From the NCBI GenBank assembly GCA_009103225.1, contig RHPI01003762.1:62001-126000 (forward strand): 64,000 bases of DNA. Direction: 5' to 3'. This document shows positions 12,625 to 25,400 of this stretch, one piece after another. This DNA is from Chlorokybus atmophyticus (Eukaryota; Plantae; Mesostigma and Chlorokybus algae). The first letter of the stretch is position 1, and each line of letters begins with the position of its first letter. Made by a program: the position numbers and the translations under genes. The notes under the pieces are model-generated. The model was not told the DNA's origin. It saw only the letters and a list, made by a program, of their open reading frames with translations, and did not search any database.

Positions 12625-15299
12625 TCAGTCTTCACCCATGAGGTCAGCTAAATCAAACTCATCGGCTTCAATGATCTCTCCGTCTTTGCCGTCCCACGGC
12701 GCGTGCTGCGCGAGGTCCGGCACTTGCCTGGAGCTCATCGGGATGAGCCGGACATTCTCTGACAAGAAGTCTCTGCATTGCAATACAACATGATGAGTTC
12801 ATGCTCGCATGCATGCATGTATGCGCGCACGCGCATATCACGTATGCCACAATGCGCTTACTTGATGGCCGAAGCTGTGAAGGGCACCTTTGCGGGGGCG
12901 TAAGCGAGTGCACTTGGCTTGACAGCCACAATGGCCTGTAAAGGCGTTATGGTAGCAGTAAGAGTTTGTCAACAGAGTTAGCAGCTTAACACAAGGCGTG
13001 TACTCTGTGCGTGGGTAGTGCATACACAACACGTGTGCGTACCGGATAGCCGTAGCCGCCAACACCAACCGCCTCTTCCAGCTGAAGCTGCTGCCCGCCC
13101 TCGACCCAGAAATAGCTGCACAATAACACAACAGAGACATGCATATACTTTAACTAATATATAATACAAACGCAGTTTAGTGCACGCATGTGAACTCTTA
13201 CGCGCGCACAAATGCCTGCGCATGACACGTAAAACCACACACTTGCACCCACACCCACACCCACGCCCACGCCCACGCCCACGACCACGCCCACGCCCAC
13301 GCCCACGCACGTACACTGTCCCACTCACTTGTACGCCCTGCCCTTCAACTTGTCCGCCACACTCTTCAGTACTTCCACATGGTCGTTTCGTCCTTTGGCG
13401 CCCGTGTCGAGGATGTGCGGCAGGAAGGCGATCACGCAAGACGAGGGACACACTTCTTCGAGAGGTTTGTCGCCGGTGAGCTCGACCACCGGCTTGGGCT
13501 TGATGAACGACTCCAGCTGGCGCTCGGCGAAGGTTATGATGGCGGATGCTGTGCGCGCTTCATTGTAGTCCTCGGGACGACGCTTGTCGACTCCGAACAG
13601 TTTGATTGTGGGGAAACCCTGCAGAAAGCCAGAAGACGCGCACGCATGTGTATATTGTGCCAGCACGCGCACGCATGCGAATGCATGTGCGTATGCGTGC
13701 ACCTATACACAGAGTCTGCATGCGCATACACATGCTCATGCACAACACCTTGTGCATGTATAAAGAGACGAAGCGGCGTTCTATGCTGCATATGCCAAGA
13801 CAACAAACATGCACATAGTTTCCTGGGATGCACTTGCGCTCACCTGGACACCGTACTTGCGTGCCAAGTCCACCTCAACATCGCAGTCCACGGCCCCGAG
13901 CTTGACCTTGCCTTTGAGCTTCTTCGCGGCTTTCGCCCACTCTGGAGCCAGCTTCTTGCAGTGGCCACACCTGAGACCCAACACCAGCAACGGGGGCTTA
14001 CTTGTTTGTCTCCCGGGCATGCACATGCGCGTGCTCGTGCTCGTGCAAGTGCGCACGCGTGCATCTATGCTTGACATGCACGTGCGTGCGTGCGCATGCG
14101 CTTGTGTGTGTGGGTGCGTGCAGAGCATGCTTGTGTGCGTGCGCACGTGTGCGAGCATGTGCATGTGCTCATGTGGTTGCACGCGCGCGTGCCTGCATGC
14201 ACACGTATGCACACACATACCACGGCGCGAAGAACTCCACGAGCCACAGATCGTCGCTCTGCACCACCAAGCTCTCAAAGTTCCCTCCGTCAAGCTTCAC
14301 CACCGCCTCATCACCCCCACCCCCATCACCCCCACCCCCACTCTCCCCACTACTTTTACCCTTCTTCCCACTCAGCCTCTGATTGACGAGCTTCTGCGCC
14401 GTCTGAATCGCGAAATCCGTGATGGCTTTGGCGGTGCGCTGGCCGGTGTAGTCGGAGGCTTTGCCGTTGGTGAAGACTTTGATGGTGGGGAAACCCTGGA
14501 TGGAGTAGTCGGAGGAGAGGGACTTGTGGGCGTCGGCGTCCAGTGCAGCTACTGTTACTATGCCCTGATGTGTTGGGTTGTTGTGTCAATGGTGGCAACA
14601 TCGGGCAGACTGGGCATGCATAGATGACATGTTGACACGATGCACGCATGACATGCGAACCAACATGACGAGCATGTGTCATTGTGATGTTGGGATGCAC
14701 TGCAGTGGGTTGGATGGATGAGAGTATTCATCTCACCCTCAGTGCTTTGGCTGCCTTTTCCCACTCGGGAACGAGGTTCTTACAGTGGCCTGTTTCACAA
14801 AGTTGTTGTGCAGGTGGAGTGGATGCGATGGTGTGCGGAGACATATACGAGGATGACAAAAGCAATGCCACTATACAACAACAACAACAACATAACATAC
14901 CGCACCACGGTGCGTAGAACTCCACCAACACCACCTGGTCCGCCTGAACAACCTGTCACACAGATTGCCACACAATCACACAGCCTGCCACACACACGCA
15001 CATGCACAGAATGTGGCAGAGAAGAGCTGATTTCTCCATAGCAGCGAGTCTACTGAACAGCGTGAGTGAGCTTGAGCTTGATCTTGAGCGTGTTCTTTGT
15101 CGAGCTTGCTTGCTTGCTTTTCTTACATGATTGACTTCTTCTGCTTTGACACAGCACACACCTTTGACTTGAAGCTTTGTGGCGTGAGCTGCACCACGTC
15201 CGAGGCCGGGCTGTACAGGGCGGCGGCGCCTCCCAGCCAGCTGACAGCAGCCAGCAGCAGGCAGCAGACGAGCCGCAGCTGCCTGCTGGAAGACACCAT
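12625..15299 (-). CDS. PDIA6: Protein disulfide isomerase, PDIA6/P5 (plant PDIL2-2/2-3) type, a-a'-b thioredoxin domains
   Basis: Signal peptide [27 protein letters not shown] followed by [12 protein letters not shown]; [25 protein letters not shown]; second [30 protein letters not shown]; GFPTIK in both domains; C-terminal [27 protein letters not shown] at 12627-12625. Confidence 0.95.
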
Positions 15300-15678
15300 G
15301 TTAGACAGCACTCTCCTGACCACAGTGACAGCGAAGACACCGCCGCCGCCTCCGCCCACAGTGCCGCCTCCTGCTTGCTGCGTCAACAACCTTCGACTGG
15401 CCTGGCTGACTACGGCGACCTGCTTAAGGAGGGCGGCAGGCGCCGGAGGCTGAGCCAGGCCAGGCTTGTAGGCTACCAGGTGAGGCTAGCAGGGTAGCCT
15501 AGCCTGGGCTGATGGCGCTGGCGTTGGTGGTCAGGCCAACAGCTGCTGCTGCTGCTGCTGCTGGAAGGTAACATGCATAGAAAGTGACGATCAAGCTGCT
15601 GTTTATTGCTGTTTTGCGTTTCGCTTTTGAGTCAACCCTGCTCCAAAGTACAACTTGAGTAACTTTCTCTCTGATGTC

Positions 15679-17908
15679 ATGCTCGATGGAAGCTCACAGC
15701 GCATGTAAGCACAGACATGCACTCCGTTGTTCCCCCCTGTGCAAGCAGGACGCAATGCAAGGTTGTGAACACATTAGCACTGCTTTAGGCCTAGCACACA
15801 CGCCAGCTTACGACCAGACACACAAACATGCGCGCACTCATTCACACGCTCGCGCACACATGCGCACGCGCGCACACGCGCGCTTACGCATGCACGTTGC
15901 TACCAGCTTGTCATCGATAACTCCTTTATATCAGGCTTCTGCTACGCGAGCAAGGCAGCAAGCTCCGTGTCACTTACCGCCACCCACCCCATCATATCAC
16001 TTCTTCTCCTTCACTCGCGTGCAAAGCCACACTGCACACTTCTTCTTCTTCTTCTTCTCCATCATCAACAACATCAAACAACAAAGCCAGTGCTGAGGAG
16101 GAGACTGCCTCGCTTGAGGGGTACTTCCAGCGCCTGAGGGAGCTGTCCAACTGGGTGAGTGTGTGGTGAGTATGTGCGACACGCGCATGTGAATGGTGTG
16201 CGCACGTGGTGGCTGATCTATGGACATGGGGCAGGGCCTCGCGCCACGCAGACACGAGGTGGAACAGTTTGTTGTGGAGGACGATGTCGTGGGATACCTG
16301 TCGACCAGGTTGGTGTGGACGCATGGATGCATTCCTGTATAAATGCGTTGGGTGTGTACATAGTGCATAGAAAGACACAGGCACGCGCACACATGCGTTG
16401 GATGTTCGTGTGTGTGCGATAGTGTCAGCGTATGCGCGCACGAGCGAGTGTGTGTTTCCGCCTGCGTGTGCATGTCACCACACATACTCCACAATCTCTA
16501 CGCAACACCCAACATTGTTCCCGCAGCTTTGCCAGCACTCTCACATCCACCTACCCGGACGTCTTCACGCACGGCAACCCGAGGAGCGAGTCCACAAGCA
16601 GCCACAAGACCTTGTATTTAGTTGATGAGTTGAACAAAGCGTCCGTCTCGGACCGCACGCGAGAGGTCGGGCGCGTGTTAGGCGAGTTGGGGCAGAACGG
16701 CGCGATAAAGGGGTGGCGAAATGAGGCAAGAGATAGGTTGTTTTGTGGGGTTGTTCAGGTGATGAGATGTTGGTTGGTTATGAAGGTTGGTGTTATTATT
16801 TTGTGTTATGACAGCTCTTCCCGGTGGTAAGAGATAACTATGGGGACCCGCCCGTGTTGCTGATTGAGCGTGCTGCAGCACCGTATTTCGGCATCAAGGT
16901 GGGTGTACTTTAGCTTCTCTGGTAGTGAATACCAGAAGTGGTCACTGCCGGCTTGACATGTAATAGCCCCTGTATGTATGTAAAATACCTCCAATAACAT
17001 GTGCTATCCACTTGTGCTGTGCAGGCGTATGGCGTGCATGTCAACGCTTATGTCCGTTTGCCCGGCGGGGATATCGAGTTGTGGGTTGCGCGACGCAGCG
17101 CGACAAAGCAGACTTGGCCCTCGAAGTTGGACCACCTTGTCGCTGGAGGCCAGCCGTATGGGATCAGTTGCAGGTGGGATAGCTCTGTGTGTGCAGGCGC
17201 GTGCGCGTATGTGTGCATACACGTGCATGCGCGCGTGCATATGCGTGTGTGCGTGCGCGCGCGTATGCATGCGTGTGTTGAGTGGCATATGTTGCAGAGA
17301 CAATGTGATCAAGGAGGCTCAAGAGGAGGCCAATGTGCCGTATGAGGTGGCCGCCAATGCCAAAGCCGCAGGCGCAGTATGTGGTAGCATAGGCAACCAC
17401 TGTTACTGAAACTATATTATATGTTCTTTCTGTTGACATTCCAGGCGTTTTTGCCGGCGTGAAGAGGCCTAATGACCAAGTTGGGCCGTGCTATCTTGTT
17501 TCAGGTGAGCTACTGGAGCTTTTTGGGAGAGGATGGCATGAAGCGTGATGTCCTATACGTGTACGATATGGAGGTGCCGTTTGACTGGCAGCCAAGCAAC
17601 AACGACGGAGAGGTATGTTAACAGTGTGGTGCTTGATTGTGAGTTTTGACTGAGGCTATGTCATCACTGTTGGTCAACATGCACAAACGCGTGCGCACGT
17701 TCAGGTGGCGGACTTCATGCGATGGCCGCTGAGCAAAGTGGCGCGGGTCGTGCGTGAGACGTCCGAGTACAAGCCCAACTGCGCGCTGGTCATCATCGAC
17801 TTCCTCATACGCCACGGCTTCATCGTGCCGGACCAGAAGGGCTACATGCAGTTGCTTGGCAGCATGCGAACGGACTTGGATGCCGGCAGTACGCACTTCC
17901 CTGCGTGA
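15679..17908 (+). CDS. Nudix hydrolase NUDT20/NUDT24-like (DUF4743 + Nudix), probable organellar transit peptide
   Basis: GYFQRLRELSN; KGWRNE/LFPV; IERAAAPYFGIK/AYGVHVNAYV; LWVARRSATKQTWPSKLDHLVAGGQPYGISC/RDNVIKEAQEEAN (Nudix box); YKPNCALVIIDFLIRHG; TGA at 17908. The start (15679, exon 1 ends AT|GTAAG) is inferred from phase. Confidence 0.9.
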
Positions 17909-19016
17909 GCCAATACCCTTCACATGTCTTGCAGTTGTGATTGCATAAGGATGTATGTAGCTGTGTTCGTTGTTGCAGTGTATACTTTTTGTAAACGGCA
18001 TTGCAACAGCTGCAATGGTGGCCAATGTCGGATAACTGAGTAAAAAGCACCTTCGATTGCTAGTGGGCATTCAGCGGTTTTGGCAAGCACAATAGCCGTG
18101 TGCACAGGTGGTGTGCACATACAATGCGAAACGGCACATGCATGGTGGCATGCACAGTCAGCAGCATGCAGAGTGACATAGCGCATACCAACAACACCAT
18201 TGTCAGGTTGACCATCGGGTTCAATCACTACTTCACACGCTGCACTATCCTCACCACCCCGTTAGCCAGGTAAGCATGCACATGCATATGTGGTCACCTG
18301 CACAACGGCCGTTGGTTAGCGGCCCAGTCTTAGCCGAGGCAGCAGCAGCAGCAGCAGACCCAACGGACTCCCCCTCCTCCTCCGCCCACATGACCACCTC
18401 CACCCACAACTGCGTCCTACACCCTGCTGTGGCTGCGTCGTTAGGGTTTGCGCCTATTAGCGCGCAGCATGCATACGCACAGCACGTCGCACTCCCTTTT
18501 CGCGGTGCTGTGTACTCCACCGTGATGACACGGGCAGACCTTGCTGCTCCCCATGTACTGCAATTCGCCGTAGTAGTCCTGCTCAGGTGCTCCTTGCACG
18601 AAGTGAGGGCGAGGCTGTCGATGCCGGCCGAGCACTGCCTGCATGCATGGCCAGCTGCACTATGCGTTGACGCATAGTGCAGACCAGTCAGCTGGCTGCT
18701 GCTTGGCAACATGAGGTATGCAGTACAAGGCCGCACTCTGTCATGCATTGGAAAGGTGAAAGCTAGACACAATGTCTTGGCCTTGCCATTGGTACACTCC
18801 ACCGCCAGCACTTTGTATGAAGTGCTGGCGGCTGTTGAGTGTACGAAGCGACATTGCGCGCAATTGAAAACTCGATACACAATGCATCCAATTGAAGCTG
18901 TTTGCAGTGCAAGATTGAGGAGTGCATATGTAATCGTAGTTAGTGCCAATGGTGATGGATGTACGCCCCAAGCACAACTCACGCCCAGAATCAAGCCCCA
19001 TGCACACTGATTCGTA

Positions 19017-21118
19017 TCAATGGCGCAAAGCGACCCACACTATCACAGCTGTCCCGCATATGCACGCTGCATACGTAATGACAGACACGGCAAACGCGTG
19101 AGAGGGTGAACCCATCGGCACAGGCCACTGCACCGTCCTATCATGAGCACTGGCTGCGACTCCTGCAGATGCCACAACCCAAGTTGTTTGTGCATCCTTC
19201 CCTTTCCGGCAACTCAGCAGCACGTGTGGTAGTGGGATGTGCACGATTGAGTGCTTGTGGGTGCTGTTTGCCAATGGCGCCTATAGGACGATATGTGTGA
19301 GCTTGGCAATACATCATTGTAATCAATAACTGTGTTCACAACTTATTGGCAACATGTGTGGCAACCAAGCTTCCCTTTATTTCTTACCGCGTAGCGTGCA
19401 TGCAGTGGTATCGACAGGTTGAAAGCAACGTGCGCTCCACCCTTGTATTCGCCCATGTCCAGATGGGTCACCATGATGGACTGCTCGCAGAATGGCGCCG
19501 GCTGCTCCATATCAACATTACCAAAGACTTTTATAGGAGGTCCCGCTGTGAGAGCCAATGTTTAGGAAACATGACCAAGTGTTTTGAAAGAATGCAAACA
19601 GCAATCAGAGAGACATGGTCGTGTGTAAGTAACAATATGGCAACTTGTGTCCAGGCCTCACCTCCCACCTGTGCATGGCCATCCAGCTCATACTGGTTGG
19701 GGTACATGCCAATGGGGAGCACATCGACAACCGCCACATTGACTTCGTTGCATGCAAGCGTGCTTCCAGCCAGTACTACTTCCGTGACCAATGTGCGATG
19801 GTACCCGGTGCCGGCCAGCTTGCGTGTGAAAGAGGACGCATACAGCTGCAATTTGGACATGCGGCCTGCTTTGCCATAATACACCTCGTCAACTCCAACT
19901 GCAACCCCCTCAATCCTGACATGCTTGTACATCTGCACACCAATCTGCAAGCCTCGTTCACAGTACAATGAAGTCCCACTGATGTTGTCTTTTGCTCTTA
20001 CCAAGTTAAAGAAATCGGGTGGCCACGCGTCATGTCCCCAATGATGCTGTCTCAATCGGCTCAGGAGCGGGACGTTGTCATCCATGCACGTGTGCTCATC
20101 ATGATGGGCAAGTAAGTAGGGGACGCTTACAACTAAATCGGGCTCGCTGTGCCATATGCCCACGCTGCTGATACAGCCAGCAGTTTCTGGCAAAGCAGCA
20201 AGTAGATAATCTGGCAGGGGACATGCCAGCTTGACCATTGTGCTGAGCGCCGGCTGCTGAGCGGAAGCAACTGAGGCATCCTGTTGGCAGTCTAAAAGAG
20301 GGATGCCGAAGACGCGGAGAACATAATCGCACAATGCATGCAGCCACGTGTCGACCGGGCTCGTGTAATGCACGATGAGCCTCACGCCAGCTGGCCTGAG
20401 CGCATCGTCCTGATGCAACGCTGCGTTTCAGCAAAAAAGCTCAGAGTTGTGCCCTTCACACGTTGTGCATGCGTCAGTTGTCAACGCAATATGCCATTGG
20501 ACCAAGACCGTGACTGCCTGGCAGTAAGAGTAAGCAGCACAAGTTTTGCAACAATGTGCCTGATGCTGTGCAATTGGCTTGAAGCCAAGCCCGCAGTCTG
20601 ATGCACTTCTGAATGAACACACTGCAGCTCATACGATTCGTGTGTATGCCATATGTGCGTGCCAAACAACAGTACCATTAATTACTTCTCGAGAGCCGTT
20701 ACCTCTTCAGAGTCGTTTATGCATGGAATTGGTTTGTGATTACAATGCAGCACTCTGCCACAATATGACGTGCAGCACTTACAGGCGAGGAGGTGGTGGT
20801 GTCGCGCATGTCCAGGCGAGCAACGCCGTCCGGCAGGCTCCATGCGCCGGCGGCGTCATCAAAATCATTGGTGTTAGACCAGCTTCCAGAGAATTTTAGC
20901 ATGCGTGGCAGCGGCGATACTGCTTCAACAACCTCCAGCTGGCTCAAGCTCAGGCTGTTCCCCTGCCAGAGAGTAGACCAGCTGCCATCGCCGCCGCCGA
21001 CGCTGAGGGAAAATGCCGCACCTTCGCCGCCAGCGCAAGCGCAAACAAACACACGCGCAGAGAGAAAGATAAGCAGACTCATCCAACAGCAGACCAGGGG
21101 CACCATGCCCCCGGCCAT
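19017..21118 (-). CDS. PIGX: PIG-X/PBN1 subunit of GPI mannosyltransferase I, with a long N-terminal lumenal extension
   Basis: Signal peptide MAGGMVPLVCCWMSLLIFLSARVFVCACAG; exon 1 ends CCT|GTAAG (~20783) and joins CATCAG|GAC at 20409 in phase 0. PIG-X motifs RKLAGTGYHRTLVTEV, VVDVLPIGMYPNQYEL, VFGNVDMEQPAP, IPLHARYA, WPVPMG..TM..VALRH*. Confidence 0.8.
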
Positions 21119-21347
21119 GCCGACGACGACAACACCACCACCACCGCCGCTGCCACCGCCAAACCCTAATTGCTTTCTTCCCGTTTGCAACGCTTTCCCG
21201 CCTTTCGGTTTGAATCACTCATATGACTTGTGTTTGAACCCAAAGCAGTGATTTGGCGGTATTTCTGTTCAGTTACTTGGCGCCATTGTTGTTGTGGGAG
21301 GCGGCGGCAACAGGGTCGGCGGGGGCGGTGGGTGTGTGGGTTACGAC
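21119..21347. promoter_or_regulatory. Shared divergent promoter of PIG-X and BRCA1/BARD1 with telo-box and E2F-consensus sites
   Basis: 229 bp between ATGs; AAACCCTAA at 21161-21169; TTTCCCGC at 21194-21201 and TTTGGCGG at ~21252-21259 fit the plant E2F consensus WTTSSCSS. Confidence 0.55.
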
Positions 21348-24300
21348 ATGGTTCAGCGAGGTGGTGATGGCGGTTGTGACGACGTGGAGGCGGCGCTGGT
21401 GCTGGGCGTGCGCACACTTGGCAAGGAGCTCACCTGCTCCGTATGGTAAGCACAGGCACGGCCAGCCAAGCCAGCTGTGACTGACTCAGAGACCAAACAA
21501 TAAGCTGTTATTTGAAGCTGTCTGACTTTTGTGCTATCTGTATGACAGCCTCAGTCTGTTTACCACGCCGAAGTTTTTGTCGTGCAACCACTGCTTCTGC
21601 GAGTAAGTCAAATTTGCGGCTATTGTCACACTGTTTGTTGCCATGCTGTTGGGTGATCAATAGCGGTCACACAGCCAATTTGTGCCTGTTGTACTTACTA
21701 CGACTGTTTGATGCAGTGCGTGCATCATGCAATCGCTCAAGCACAAGCCCACCTGTCCACTCTGCAAGGCAGTCGTAACAAAGCGAGGTGACACAGCAAC
21801 CACGCACGTGCACATGCACACACACACACACGCAGGCAGGCAGGCAGGCATAAGTTCATGCACACGTGTGCAATCACGCACATGTGCGCGCATACACACA
21901 TGCACAGGCACACGCACGCGCAGGAACTTGTGCAAGCATGCACGCTCGCATTTACATGCGCGCACGCCCACACATATGCACTCAACCAGTCTATGTCCCT
22001 TCTACCTTATTTACCACTCTTTTGACCATAGAGCTGCGCCCAGCGGAGCTTGTCGATCGCGTCGTGGCGGCCTACAGAGCGCTGGAATCACGCACCGGTT
22101 TCAACTTCTTTTGCACACAGCAGCAGCAGCAGGACCCACCCTCATCACCCTTACCCTCATCATCATCGGAGCAGTGTGTACTTCCAGAGTCTCCTCAATC
22201 TCCATCAGTCTCCATGCACACCGCTGCCGGGGACTCCCTGCCTGTGGGCAATGAAGCGGACAGCATGGACATTTGTCACGACGTTTGTCACAACAACATT
22301 TGTCCCAATGTGGATGCTGAGCAAGACGGACAAGCGCGTCAACTTGATGCACAAGCTGTGACTCCATTGACAACTGCAATTGAGGGGCAACATGCGGGGT
22401 CTTCTTTGCCACTGTTCTTCTGGGTTGGTTCTCAACAAGAGGAGGCAGTGGAAGCGTCCCCTGCAAAGGAAGCAGATATCATTCCGTTCTTGACATTGCC
22501 ACAGGTGTGTGCGTGTCAGAATGAGCGCCTGCGTGTGCGCATGTGCGCACACGTGCACTTGTGTGCAGGCACGCGTACATTGTGGTGATATGCTTGTCGC
22601 TTGTGTCTTTGTGTGTATCTTTAAGCTTAGGTATGCAGATAAGCTTCACACCGACGCAACAGCGGCGGAAGAGTCCCATGCGAGAGGCAAGTGCTACTCC
22701 AAGCAAGGCCCACATTGGCCTTGAGCAGCAGCAGCAGCAGCAGCAACAACAACAACGGCGAGATTTAGCACAAGAGGCAGGTGTTCCCCATGAGTCTGCT
22801 GTCGACATGGAGAGATGTAGCCCCAAACAGCTGGCCTCGGTACCTCATGAGGCCGACGAACTTCGTGACGAGCGTGTCCCGCGAAGCAGGTATTGCACAG
22901 TACCTGTCACTGGCACATCCAGCTCAACGTAATGCATACCATCTCACATGTACACTTGACCATTGAGCTGCAGTCGCAGGAGACGAGATACAACACTTCA
23001 CGTACGCAAATCAGCCCGAAGCTCAGGTACTGATGAATTGCAACTTCGAGGTCAGTCATGCTCATCGTCACGTGATGAAAGGTCTGAGCTGCATTGCGTG
23101 TTTTGCTCTGCAGCTGCACCGCAATTGAGGCAACCATCTGTTGAAGAGCCTTTATCATTTGCACAGCGACGCCAAGACCCTGCAGTTGTGGCGACTAATG
23201 CAACAACAACCGCAGCAGTCATCCCCATACCCACTGTTACTCCATGCATGTCCACACCAGAAGCCTGCGGCAAGCTTGCGTGCCAGTTTTGCGGCCTCGA
23301 TACAGCTGACGGCGTGTCCGGCCCTTTCATAAAGGTGGACACGGCCGCTGCGGTAGGAAAGAGAAGGCGCACGCAAGTGGCGGATGCAACCGCCAGTGTG
23401 CATGAGAACTGTGCTGCATGGTAAGTTACTCCCATGCATTTTACTACCTTAAATGCTGTTATGACATACAACTTAACGCACAGATGCACACGAGCAGATG
23501 CGCTCACACATGCTTGTGCTTGTATGCATGCGCACATGCACATGCTCACACGTACGTGCACACGCATGCACACTCATGCCGGCCCCTGCGAACGCGCATG
23601 CACGCGCACTTTGAAGTTGCATTGGTCTAGGGCTCCAAACGCATATTATGAGGAGGACAAGTTGGTGAATGTGGGTGCCGAGCTCGCACGAGGCCGGCGC
23701 ATCAAGTGCACGACGTGCGTACGGCCCGGTGCGGCTCTCGGCTGCAGTGTCCCGCGATGCAAAAGGAGTTATCACTACCCTTGCGCCCGCACCCACGGAT
23801 GCCGCTTTGATGAGGTGCGTGCGTGCACTCGTGCATGCATGTGTGCGTATACATCATTGTGTCAACTTCTCTACTGCATCACTGTGTGCAGACTGCATAT
23901 GTCATTCTGTGCCCTGCGCACTCTAAAGAGAAGCTGCCGTGCGAGCTGCCGGAGGAGGAGGAGGAGGAGGAGGTTGAAGCCACTAAAGACGAAGAGGATG
24001 CCGACAAAGAGAATAAGAGGTGTGTGTGCGTGCGGGTGGGCGCGCATGCATACGCGCGTGCGCATGTGTGCATGCGTGCGTTCGTGTCTATTTGCGTGGA
24101 GTGCCAGACTGGTCTTGCACAAACAACTCAGCAACGTATATGCGTCTCGTGAATGGCTGCTCTAGGCCACAAGCGCAGCTGGACAAAATCAATAAAGATA
24201 CATCACCGTGTCAACCAGACCCGTCCTGCGGGCGAGGGCAAGGACGGGGCGTGCTTCTGCCAGCCAAACGAGTCACGCTCTGCCACCGCGCCAAGTCTCA

Positions 24301-25400
24301 CAACACACAACACAACAACAAGTGGACACCATCGGGCCTGGAGAAGGCTGTTGTGCTGACTGGTTCCGGACTGAGTCCTAAAGACAAGGTCAGTCAACCA
24401 CCTTTGCTGATTGTTGGCTGTGTTGTTGTGGTGGTGTCTGACACAACATATGCAGGAGAAGCTTGTGGAGTTTGCGTCCATCTCGGGTGCCACTTGTCTT
24501 CAAGACTGGTCGCCGGCAGTCACGCACGTTGTTGCGGGCACGGACAAGCAAGGCAGGGCCAAGCGCACAAGGAAATACCTCTGCAGTATGGCGAGCGGGA
24601 GCTGGCAGTGGGTGGTGTCCAGCAATTGTAAGTTGTTGTGTGGGTGCGCACGTACATGTGTGTAGATGTACGGGTGCACGTGTGCTAATTGCATGTTGAG
24701 TTGCTGGTGATAAGCCACATGCTGCAGGGTTGGCGGCTTGCTTTGCAGCAAGATGCATTGTTGATGAGGCCGCGTATGAGGCCACGGGAGATCAACACGG
24801 TGCAATGGGAGGTCCTGCCAAGGCCAGGATGCGGCGCTGTCATACACCTCTATGCAAGAAGGTGCGGCTTTGTGCTTTACCCATGTTAACACTATGCAAG
24901 TGGTGTATGCTTACGGTCTTCGCCCGTGTGCTCGCAGACTGAGGGCATTTTTCATGGCCTCCAATGCTGGTTTGTTGGGGACAACTGGTGTCCTCCAAGC
25001 GAAGAGCTCGCGGAGATTGTCGTTGCGGGAGGTGGCAAGGTGGTGCGCAGGGCCCCTGCAAGTTCCGACACGTGTGCGCCAACAACCACACCTTCCGGTA
25101 CAATACTCTCTTTATATATAGTGGCACCTACTGCCCAAATGGAAGTCCTGTATCATGCCATGCAATGACAGCTTGTGAGCCTGAATGTGGTGATGAGTTT
25201 GCGCAACTGTTTGCACAGGCGTGCCTTCATTGCTGGCAATATCATGCGATGCTCAAGGACTTCCCGCCGTCAAGCGGCCTTGTCCGTCGCGAAGGGCAGG
25301 TGGCGATGCGGGGGCTGTTGTCACGGTCTCGCATCGCTGGCTGCTGGACAGTGCGAGCGCTGCGGAGCTGTTGCCACTCAGAAACTATGCTGTGGAGTAG
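21348..25400 (+). CDS. BRCA1: Plant-type BRCA1/BARD1 family protein (RING, extended PHD, tandem BRCT)
   Basis: RING: KELTCSVC/LSLFTTPKFLSCNHCFCD/ACIMQSLKHKPTCPLCK. ePHD: CQFC..VHENCAAW/APNAY..GAELARGRRIKCTTCVRPGAALGC..CKRSYHYPCA..CPAH. BRCT: VLTGSGLS..THVV..RTRKYLC..W, second repeat ends VSHRWLLDS..LLP..*, TAG at 25400. BRCA1 versus BARD1 cannot be decided by eye. Confidence 0.9.

Noticed and set aside
13255-13310. (CCACGC)n hexamer array giving a PRPRPR/GRGRGR ORF; considered as a CRISPR-like or coding repeat
   Set aside because: Simple tandem repeat inside a PDI intron with no spacers; no CRISPR-like array anywhere in the window.
20428-20430. In-frame TGA after a Cys upstream of the large PIG-X exon (possible selenocysteine)
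   Set aside because: It lies inside the intron once exon 1 is joined at CATCAG|GAC (20409); no SECIS-like element or redox motif supports recoding.
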